Shown: positions 57,024 through 64,000 of the stretch, piece after piece
Layout of the letters: every line of letters starts with the position of its first letter
Position numbering within the stretch: the first letter of the stretch is position 1
Origin: a virus
Taxonomy: Duplodnaviria > Caudoviricetes
Virus record (IMG/VR): IMGVR_UViG_3300028833_003520
Direction: 5' to 3' (one strand)
DNA: 64,000 nt
Notes under the pieces: model-generated
What the model was told of the DNA's origin: nothing
Databases searched by the model: none
The model's input: the letters and a program-made list of their open reading frames with translations, nothing else
Position numbers and translations under genes: made by a program

Positions 57024-57287
57024 TTAGTCCTCAGTGGAAGTTTGAGCGAATCCTGTCCAATCCTTAAGGATTTCAGGATTTTCCACGATTCCATATTCGT
57101 GACACGCTCCGTTAACAAGAGTACCGATTTGCTGTGTGAATGTACCTTCTTGATTGTTTGTCGTATAGGTAGCCTCATCACCATCAATCGAGATAATCTT
57201 GATTACGTTTGCTTTACCATTGTTGTTCTTGTCTTTGCAAGCAAGGACGAACTCTTCGTAGGTGTAGTGAACTTTCATAGATGTCAT
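57024..57287 (-). CDS. Hypothetical protein
   Basis: ATGA overlap region, AAAGGAG upstream. Confidence 0.65.
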   Translation of the reverse strand: MTSMKVHYTYEEFVLACKDKNNNGKANVIKIISIDGDEATYTTNNQEGTFTQQIGTLVNGACHEYGIVENPEILKDWTGFAQTSTED

Positions 57288-57311
57288 CTCCTTTCGATGA
57301 TATTTATGGGG

Positions 57312-57557
57312 TTAAGCATTGTCCTCGTAATATTTTTCATACTTTCCGCAATGACAGAATCCTGGTTTGTCTTTGTCACGGAAATCTTTGCACATACAGA
57401 TGGTATCAGGTGTATGTACAAGGCTACAAGGGCAATATGCTTCGCCAAACTGATTTTTGTTCGACTCAAGTTTTTCGTTAATATCGTTAACGAGTTCTGA
57501 GTCGGATGAGTCAAGAATAGGGCGGAGCCTTATCTTGAGTTGCCTATTATTCTCCAT
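57312..57557 (-). CDS. Ferredoxin-thioredoxin reductase catalytic-subunit-like protein
   Basis: YCPC...ICMC...GFCHCG (family pattern CPC/CPC/CHC). Confidence 0.8.
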   Translation of the reverse strand: MENNRQLKIRLRPILDSSDSELVNDINEKLESNKNQFGEAYCPCSLVHTPDTICMCKDFRDKDKPGFCHCGKYEKYYEDNA

Positions 57558-57571
57558 AATTCAGTTCCTTT

Positions 57572-58048
57572 CTAATCGCTGATTATTTTGGCGAACTGAT
57601 TGTCACTTGCAAGATGAATTCCAAGTATTTCATCGAAATGTTTTTCCTGACCAGGAATAAATCTTCCGAATTTTACAATGAGATTTGGGTATTCCTTCAG
57701 AAGTTCGATTTTGTCTGCAATTTCATTAGGATAATAGCCTGTATAAATGACGATATCGTCATTTGTTTCTTTTCTGATTGCTTTTACGAGGTTGAGCATT
57801 TCGTCAAATGTGTCAAACGGCTCTAACCCACCAAAGCAAATGGCTTCCGTAATGAAATTGTTGGTGTACTGTTTGACTATGGTACTTTCGTCTATATTAA
57901 GTGAAGAGGCAAGAGCCAGTTCGCTGTTTTGGCAAACTTTGCTCTTGCACTCTTTGTCACACTTAAAACTGCATTTAGGAAACAGTACGACCATACAAGG
58001 TTTCTTGTACTGAAGGAAATCTTCAGGGATTATACCTTTGATTTCCAT
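57572..58048 (-). CDS. nrdG: Anaerobic RNR activating radical-SAM enzyme
   Basis: CSFKC..C....CQN, FGGLEP, IYTGY, KFGRF, ASDNQ; adjacent to nrdD. Confidence 0.88.
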   Translation of the reverse strand: MEIKGIIPEDFLQYKKPCMVVLFPKCSFKCDKECKSKVCQNSELALASSLNIDESTIVKQYTNNFITEAICFGGLEPFDTFDEMLNLVKAIRKETNDDIVIYTGYYPNEIADKIELLKEYPNLIVKFGRFIPGQEKHFDEILGIHLASDNQFAKIISD

Positions 58049-58059
58049 AACTTATCTCC

Positions 58060-60078
58060 TTAAAGGTCTCGACTCTCTTGAGCGAGTTTATAGACATCAT
58101 ACCAATAGCGTGTTTTGAACTCACGCTTTCTTTCCTTCGAGTAATGACGTACAGGTTCGAAGAATCCGACGATTCTCTGCCAAGTGTCAACAACCTGACC
58201 GCCACAGTGAGGACAGGTATCTGTTCCTACAAAGGCGTGAAGGTTCTCGCACTGGTTGATACGGGTGTTGAAAGCGAAGTAGATAACATCCATTGATGCG
58301 ACGTGGTTGAGAGCGTCCCAAGCCGTGTCGGTGTTCGGGAAGTTGCTCTCAAGGTTGATGTGAGCAATAGCACCACCACTACACTTCTTATCAAGGATTG
58401 AACTGACACGCAGTTTCTCATTGATAGAGCAGTTAGCAGAAAGAGGAATCCACTGGTTAGAGTAGATGAATCTCTTCTCGTCTCTGATGTTGTAGTAGAG
58501 GTTGTCTTTTGCACAGAGGATAACGGCGGCACGCTCTGCAGGTACAGACTCAATATTGAAGTTGTAGTCGGCAGGGAAGTGGTCTTTAACGTCGTTGAGG
58601 ATTTCGAAGACTTTCGAAGCAAACTCAATGCCTTCATCTGACCACTCAACTAAGCCAAATTCATCGGTCTTGATAAAGCCGAAGGCTTCAGCAACTTCGT
58701 AAAGACCAAGAATACCGATTGTGCAATACTGCTTGGTCATATCAATACCGCCACGACCGACGTTGGGAAGAAGTTTCTTCTCAACATTACGCTTGATGAT
58801 GTGGCGAATAACATCGAGTGTTTGACAGCATATAGTTGTTCTTTCACGGAGAATACTGAGATAGCGGTCAACATCGTACTGACCATCTTCTTCAGCCGTT
58901 TCGTATGCAATCTTCATAAGGTTAATGGTATTAACCTTAACAGAACCGATAGAAAGGGCAGTACCACCGATGGAATTGATAAATCCACCGAGTTTCTTTG
59001 TATCAGAGAGGAGTCTGCAACAGTTACTCAATGTACCGACATTATCGGACATAAAGAAGTTGCTATCGTTCCACTTTGTGTTGTGGTCGGAACACCATCT
59101 TGCAAAGTCATTATCCTTGAATATGTTCCACTTCTTTGTCTTATGCATTTCTTTAAGTTCTTCAGGAGTGATGTCATCTCTTTTGAGGAGCGAATAAGTA
59201 AGAACAGGGAATGTGAACATATTCTTCTCACGAGTGGCTGATACGACTTCCATAAAGACCTTTTCGTGCTCAATGAGGTCTTCGATGTGGTCGATGGCGA
59301 ATGTACCGTCAGGGAATTCTACACCACCGAAAAGGGCTGTGAGGTAAGGTCGGTCGAAAATTGAGACGTTGACGAAAGCAGACTGGTCAACACGGATGAA
59401 CGGCTGATTAAGTCTGAAAATCAACTTCTGAAATGCCTGTCGGAGATAGTAGTCTGGATTGTTAATGAGATAGTTATTCTCAACATCGTGTTTCCAGAAG
59501 TAGTAAGTCCAAAGAAGGACATTAGGAAGACCGCAAGCACCTGAAGTTCTGTTGGAATAGAATGAAACGAACTCAATAACATCATCAATGAACGTAGTTA
59601 AGTGCTTAGGCGGTTCGTTATTGTAGTTCTTTGTATTCATCTCATCAGGTGTGAGGAAGTAAATGCCTTCTGTGGCAAGTCTTGTAAGGTCGTAAGCGTA
59701 GCAATACGGCTTGAATGATGCACTTGCGGCATCGTGGAGATAGAATGCTCCAATCCATTCGAGTTCAAGCCAAGTCTTTGCAGCGTCAAGACCATATCTT
59801 TTCTTATACTCATAAAAGATTTTGTTGAAAGCAAAGAGTTTCTGTTCGGGTTTTGCACACTCATTAAGAAGTGAACAAACATCTTTGTGATGAGCATTAG
59901 CGTTACCGTCGATAGAAGCGTCGGCAACATTCTTGTCAATGAATCCGTCGATGAAGTCGGTAAAGGCTAACTGACTGTGGTGAAGACCGTTGAGAATCTG
60001 AAAATCAACACCATAGCGTTTCTTTATGTCTTCAATGGCATATTCGAAATCTTCATCAAGTTTTATGTCAACAAGCAT
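58060..60078 (-). CDS. nrdD: Class III anaerobic ribonucleotide reductase, no ATP cone
   Basis: YLHD, PYC, FTFPV, NCCRL, ESVPAE, GGAIAHIN, C-terminal Zn site and RIVGFF glycyl-radical loop. Confidence 0.93.
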   Translation of the reverse strand: MLVDIKLDEDFEYAIEDIKKRYGVDFQILNGLHHSQLAFTDFIDGFIDKNVADASIDGNANAHHKDVCSLLNECAKPEQKLFAFNKIFYEYKKRYGLDAAKTWLELEWIGAFYLHDAASASFKPYCYAYDLTRLATEGIYFLTPDEMNTKNYNNEPPKHLTTFIDDVIEFVSFYSNRTSGACGLPNVLLWTYYFWKHDVENNYLINNPDYYLRQAFQKLIFRLNQPFIRVDQSAFVNVSIFDRPYLTALFGGVEFPDGTFAIDHIEDLIEHEKVFMEVVSATREKNMFTFPVLTYSLLKRDDITPEELKEMHKTKKWNIFKDNDFARWCSDHNTKWNDSNFFMSDNVGTLSNCCRLLSDTKKLGGFINSIGGTALSIGSVKVNTINLMKIAYETAEEDGQYDVDRYLSILRERTTICCQTLDVIRHIIKRNVEKKLLPNVGRGGIDMTKQYCTIGILGLYEVAEAFGFIKTDEFGLVEWSDEGIEFASKVFEILNDVKDHFPADYNFNIESVPAERAAVILCAKDNLYYNIRDEKRFIYSNQWIPLSANCSINEKLRVSSILDKKCSGGAIAHINLESNFPNTDTAWDALNHVASMDVIYFAFNTRINQCENLHAFVGTDTCPHCGGQVVDTWQRIVGFFEPVRHYSKERKREFKTRYWYDVYKLAQESRDL

Positions 60079-60095
60079 TGTGTGTTTCTCCTTTC

Positions 60096-60308
60096 TTACT
60101 TATTGGATTGCTCGTTAAGCCATTTGATTGCGTCTGTGTATGAAAGCATACCTGAATCAGTTTCTAACTGAGGAAAGGTCTGCAATCCTTTGGGGTTATT
60201 ATCGGCGGTGACTTCTACGGTTTCGAAATCGACACCTTGCATAGTCATACGCTTTTCTAATACCTTACACGCAGGGCAACCAATGGTGTATAAGATAGGC
60301 TTAGACAT
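60096..60308 (-). CDS. NrdH/glutaredoxin-like protein
   Basis: LYTIGCPACKVL, TFPQL; AAAGGAG RBS before ATG 60308. Confidence 0.85.
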   Translation of the reverse strand: MSKPILYTIGCPACKVLEKRMTMQGVDFETVEVTADNNPKGLQTFPQLETDSGMLSYTDAIKWLNEQSNK

Positions 60309-60469
60309 AATTGGTTTTCTCCTTTCTAAATGGGTGATTTGTTGATTGTGCAACAGAATAATTATACCACATTCTTGCTCAAAAATGAGCGATTTTTATG
60401 GTTTTTGTGTTGATTTTCAGGGCTGATTTGCCCATATTTCTATGAGCAAATCAATCACCCTTTAGAAAA

Positions 60470-61483
60470 TCAGGCGAAGTATGTTTCGTAAGCGTCCTTG
60501 AGCATAGCAAGACGAGTGCAAACATTTTCGCTGTGATTGCTACCATTAGAGCAGGCATCATTGTAACGGCTACTCTTTGACGGTGTTCCATCAAAGAAGT
60601 TCTGAAGGAAGATTGCAAAGTCTGAAGGGTCCTTGCCTTCCTCGATAGCCTTCTGAGCAACCTGTGTAAGAGAAATGAGATGCGTTCTTGTAATCATCTT
60701 CTTTGCTGTCTTCTTGTCCTCAAGATTAAGCAATGCAGAGTGAGCATCGTCGAGGAAGTTGAAGATAGGCTTCATCTGGTCGTTGACTTCCTTGGAAATC
60801 TTGAGTTCTCCATAGATAGGTCTGACATCCTTGTTATCAAGGGCAGTCATATCGTTAGCAACCATATACATCTTGATGGCTGTGTCCTCATTCTGATACG
60901 AGTCGATAGCCTTTTCTGTAAAGTTCTCTGCAAACAGAGGGTGAGAGGCGAGTTTTCTGATACCTGTAAGGTCAGCCGCCTGAATACGAGTCTTCTCGGA
61001 AGCAGAAAGAGGCTTACCATTGTTCAGACGAGCCATAATCTCTGTAATCTCTTCATCGGTAATATCGGTGAAGTAGTAAACAGTAATCTGTGCAGCGTCG
61101 AGAGTATCTTTGAGGCTCTCGGAAAGGTCGTCATACTTAAGACCGTTGAGTTCGATTTCTGTACCGTCTTCGTCGATGATGGGTTCGAGACCTACAAGAG
61201 CAAACTCGTTGTTCTTGAACTTGGTGATAGTAAGGCATCTCTGCTTACCATCAAGTGCGTCGAAGACTGCAACGTCACCCTTCGGTGTTTTGACTGTTCT
61301 GCCATCTCTGATGGTGTACATAGGCGGTACAGGATAACCTCTGAGGAGAGAGTCGATAAAGAGGGACTTTCTTGCATTGTCCCAAACGTAACCTCTCTGA
61401 ATAGCATTGTCAAAGACAAGGCTATTGTTGGTGACCATCTTGAAAATCTGCTTTGTGTTCCAGGGAATTGATGCTTTAATCAT
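60470..61483 (-). CDS. DUF262 (GmrS/ParB-like) domain protein
   Basis: IQRGYVW, FIDSLLRGYPVPP, LDGKQR, ARLNNGKPLS. Confidence 0.88.
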   Translation of the reverse strand: MIKASIPWNTKQIFKMVTNNSLVFDNAIQRGYVWDNARKSLFIDSLLRGYPVPPMYTIRDGRTVKTPKGDVAVFDALDGKQRCLTITKFKNNEFALVGLEPIIDEDGTEIELNGLKYDDLSESLKDTLDAAQITVYYFTDITDEEITEIMARLNNGKPLSASEKTRIQAADLTGIRKLASHPLFAENFTEKAIDSYQNEDTAIKMYMVANDMTALDNKDVRPIYGELKISKEVNDQMKPIFNFLDDAHSALLNLEDKKTAKKMITRTHLISLTQVAQKAIEEGKDPSDFAIFLQNFFDGTPSKSSRYNDACSNGSNHSENVCTRLAMLKDAYETYFA

Positions 61484-61505
61484 TTTGGGTATTTCTCCTT
61501 TATTA

Positions 61506-61895
61506 TTATTCAGTTTTGAATGTATTTAACCACATCTCATAGGTTCCGTTTGTGGCGTTGCCTGAAATGAGAGCGTTTAAGTCTGATACGAAGTTGAGAT
61601 ATATCTCGTCTTCATCGTCAAATTCGAAGTTTCCGTTGTTTGCAATCATTGTTTCACGAATCTTGTCGTTGTACGGCTTTGCAAAGTCAGAGAACTTACA
61701 AGTAATTGTGTTCTCCTTTGCGTATTTAGGAACAATGACTTCAACATTGTTTGCAAGGAAACAAAGGAATTTGTCACAAGGGTCGTCGCTTGTTTCGTCA
61801 CCAAGAACGAAAGCGACATATACATTGTCAAGGTCTGTATCGCAAACATCGAGACAATCTGTATTGCGTGAATTAAAGTATTCTTTGATGGTCAT
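61506..61895 (-). CDS. Acidic hypothetical protein
   Basis: AAGGAG RBS. Confidence 0.75.
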   Translation of the reverse strand: MTIKEYFNSRNTDCLDVCDTDLDNVYVAFVLGDETSDDPCDKFLCFLANNVEVIVPKYAKENTITCKFSDFAKPYNDKIRETMIANNGNFEFDDEDEIYLNFVSDLNALISGNATNGTYEMWLNTFKTE

Positions 61896-61898
61896 AGT

Positions 61899-62297
61899 TT
61901 ACTCCTTTTCTGTAATGCCGATTGTGATTTTATCCTCGTCAATATATGACGGGAAAAGTTGTTTGTTTGCGAGAAGTCTTGCAAATTTTGCGTCAGGGGC
62001 GGAAATTGTATCTTTTATGGTAATAGTAACTTCAAAGTTCTTGCTTTTAGCGAGGTAATCTTTGACAGTAATATTGCCTTTATCAGAAATGGTAGCGTCG
62101 TCAATATAAAGCCTTGGCTTACCACCTTTCTGAATGTAATGTTTTCCGTCGGCTGTTGTTTTGATGTTCATCAAAGCAAGTTCAACGAGACTTACAGACC
62201 TGACAAGGTTGTTCTTCTCTTTTCCTGTGTAATAGACTTCTCCATCTGAAAAGACAGAAGGTTCGGTAGGTTTGCCGTTGATACCGTCAACTATCAT
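61899..62297 (-). CDS. Hypothetical protein
   Basis: ATGA coupling. Confidence 0.7.
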   Translation of the reverse strand: MIVDGINGKPTEPSVFSDGEVYYTGKEKNNLVRSVSLVELALMNIKTTADGKHYIQKGGKPRLYIDDATISDKGNITVKDYLAKSKNFEVTITIKDTISAPDAKFARLLANKQLFPSYIDEDKITIGITEKE

Positions 62298-62725
62298 AAC
62301 AGTTTCTCCTTTCTGAGTACATCTTCAAGAGATGCCCACTCGTAGTTTGAAGCGGAGCAGGAAACGAGCCATTTGCCGTTTTCGAAGAGGTAGTTCCAGC
62401 CCATCCAGTTTTTGAGTTCTTCTTTACTCAAAGTTTGAATGGAAAGTCTTTCTTGGCGGTCTCGTGCATAAAATACACACTGATTTTTGACTGATTCGTA
62501 GTATTCTTTGTCGTAGAGTCTGCGACTGAAATCAATAGGTTCAGTTCCTATTTCTTCGTAGATACAAGAAGCGTCACCGTGTGCTATAAGTTCTGATGCT
62601 TTCTGTTCATCAGAATAATGTTTGAACAAGATTACGCCAAGATGCCTTAAGTAGCCGTCACCGTGACAGTAGATAGTTTTTATCTCATTGTCTTTGTTTA
62701 TTCCAATCTGTGCGTGACTACTCAT
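62294..62725 (-). CDS. Phage-type hypothetical protein
   Basis: IYCHGDGY...G..L..HY, FYARDR, YLFENGKW. Confidence 0.8.
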   Translation of the reverse strand: MSSHAQIGINKDNEIKTIYCHGDGYLRHLGVILFKHYSDEQKASELIAHGDASCIYEEIGTEPIDFSRRLYDKEYYESVKNQCVFYARDRQERLSIQTLSKEELKNWMGWNYLFENGKWLVSCSASNYEWASLEDVLRKEKLL

Positions 62726-62726
62726 A

Positions 62727-62975
62727 TTAACTCTCCTTTAGCAAGTTCTTGCTGTTTTCAATAAGTTCGAGAACAGTTGCGTTAAGGCGGTATGCATTAA
62801 GATTCCATACAGTAACGATATCGTTATGCGGAGTTTTAATAACATTAGCAATAACGGCTCCTGATGCATTAGGGTCAATAGGATAACCGTCGATAGCAAT
62901 GATTTCATTGCCATCGTCATCGGTTTCTCTGTGTGTATTCTCAAAGAATACATATTCATCGGTTGTGCGTGTCAT
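62727..62975 (-). CDS. Hypothetical protein
   Basis: AGGAGG RBS before ATG 62975. Confidence 0.7.
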   Translation of the reverse strand: MTRTTDEYVFFENTHRETDDDGNEIIAIDGYPIDPNASGAVIANVIKTPHNDIVTVWNLNAYRLNATVLELIENSKNLLKES

Positions 62976-63661
62976 ACTGCCTCCTGTCCGATAAGTCCAC
63001 CACAAGAAGGACACTGCGGTAAGAATCCAATTATTGTTTCAGTAGTGCAGTATTCTCTGCCACAATACTGACAATAATATCTCTTAATCCTTACGCCGTC
63101 TTCAGTAGGAATATCGGTAGTTGTTTTATTCTGTTCGAGGACTGCCTCAGTTTCATCGTCTGCATAGGTATCTTTGACTTCGGCAAGTTCTTTGTCCAGT
63201 TGATTCTGGTATTCTTCTTTAGCCTGATTGAGAGTATCATCAGTTGGGTTGTTTTGCTTGTACTTTTCATACTCTTCTTTCTCTTTGCGAATAGCATCTT
63301 CGACTTGTTTAGCAATCTTGTCTCCAATTTTCTCTGCCTGTTCTTTAGCCAAGTTTTCGGCTTTTTGTAAATCTTTTTCAATTTTTGCATTATGCAAATC
63401 AGAAGAAGATTTTGTTTTACGTTTAGGCAGAGAAAAATCGGGAAGTGATATGCTGTAACTATGGGTCGTAAGAGCCATTGCAGTTTTGAATATACCTGTG
63501 AAGAGAAATATGACTCCCATTACGGTGAGAATAGTACCACCAAGTTGTAATATCTTTGGTGGAAATGCGTCACCAAAAAGGGTAGGTGAAGTTGAGCAAA
63601 TACTTCCGATGGTAACCATAATAATACCCATAAATAGTGTTAGAATTGGCATACAAATCAT
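62972..63661 (-). CDS. Two-TM protein with coiled coil and C-terminal Zn ribbon
   Basis: TM helices; CQYCG...CPSCGG. Confidence 0.75.
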   Translation of the reverse strand: MICMPILTLFMGIIMVTIGSICSTSPTLFGDAFPPKILQLGGTILTVMGVIFLFTGIFKTAMALTTHSYSISLPDFSLPKRKTKSSSDLHNAKIEKDLQKAENLAKEQAEKIGDKIAKQVEDAIRKEKEEYEKYKQNNPTDDTLNQAKEEYQNQLDKELAEVKDTYADDETEAVLEQNKTTTDIPTEDGVRIKRYYCQYCGREYCTTETIIGFLPQCPSCGGLIGQEAV

Positions 63662-63664
63662 TCC

Positions 63665-64000
63665 TTAATAGAAGTTAGGTGGCAAGGGATTATCGGGGTC
63701 ACTGTTTATGACTGAGTTTTGATAATCTGCTTGCGATTTTTCGAAACCAACGTGAGAATTCTGATAGAATCGAACACCTGATTGATGTGGTATATCAGGA
63801 AGGTATTGCTGATATGTCCAATGATTTTGGAAATCGTGTGGATATTTATATCCAATACCTGAACCATATCGAGATGCGGTGCTATAGTGAGTGTCTCGAA
63901 GATGCATTGGAACTGTGTTGTTCGGATTGTTCTTTACATACTGCCGAGCACTATCAATTCCAACGACAGCAGAATTACTCTTTGGTGCCATCGCAATATA
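63665..64000 (-). CDS. rarA: RarA/MgsA replication-associated recombination ATPase, C-terminal part (truncated by window)
   Basis: YIAMAPKSNS, VPMHLRD.HY, GYKYPHDF, QQYLPD; frame open to the window end. Confidence 0.85.
   Translation of the reverse strand, partial: YIAMAPKSNSAVVGIDSARQYVKNNPNNTVPMHLRDTHYSTASRYGSGIGYKYPHDFQNHWTYQQYLPDIPHQSGVRFYQNSHVGFEKSQADYQNSVINSDPDNPLPPNFY

Noticed and set aside
60680-61471. 263-aa + strand ORF (and similar long antisense ORFs over thyX, the helicase and nrdD)
   Set aside because: These are antisense shadows of well-supported genes, with no RBS or motifs.
63665-63991. Stand-alone MgsA C-terminal mini-protein
   Set aside because: The frame stays open to the window end (YIAMAPKSN is an internal RarA motif); the truncation is a window artefact.
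1-64000. Definite classification as prophage or as conjugative plasmid
   Set aside because: No structural, packaging, integrase, relaxase or T4SS genes are recognisable in this window.

Overview
This is 64 kb of a large, AT-rich mobile replicon from an anaerobic Firmicute-type host (AGGAG/AAAGGA RBSs, sigma-A promoters, class III RNR). It could be a megaplasmid/ICE-like element or a jumbo phage. No capsid, terminase, integrase, relaxase or T4SS gene is recognisable here, so the class cannot be fixed. Two arms converge on a bidirectional terminator at ~23.35 kb. The right arm (- strand, 23.4-64 kb) carries replication, nucleotide and chaperone genes: thyX, a DNA MTase, a UvrD-like helicase, a Clp ATPase, vWA plus MoxR AAA, a guanylate-kinase-like protein, prim-pol, an SSB-like protein, an SNF2 helicase, dut, nrdD/nrdG with NrdH- and FTR-like partners, DUF262 and rarA. 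It also has many small hypotheticals and a ~680-nt highly structured ncRNA (ROOL-like in size and context) followed by a small pseudoknotted RNA. The left arm (+ strand, 1-23.3 kb) is the most novel part. About a dozen unrelated proteins share a C-terminal tail (RR-[LMT]-P, usually 19-22 residues from the end, often ending xGE). Their operons are driven by five copies of one promoter with a CCATATATGG palindrome in the spacer. Three terminators with unrelated stems share an identical 14-nt cap. The truncated first gene shows bridge-helix/trigger-loop-like motifs of a two-barrel RNA polymerase and also has a tail-like end. Working hypothesis (inference): a co-regulated set of cargo proteins, possibly including an RNA polymerase, tagged for delivery into a recipient cell (conjugative translocation or virion packaging) or for handling by the element's own Clp ATPase. 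All family assignments come from motif recognition by eye, not database searches.
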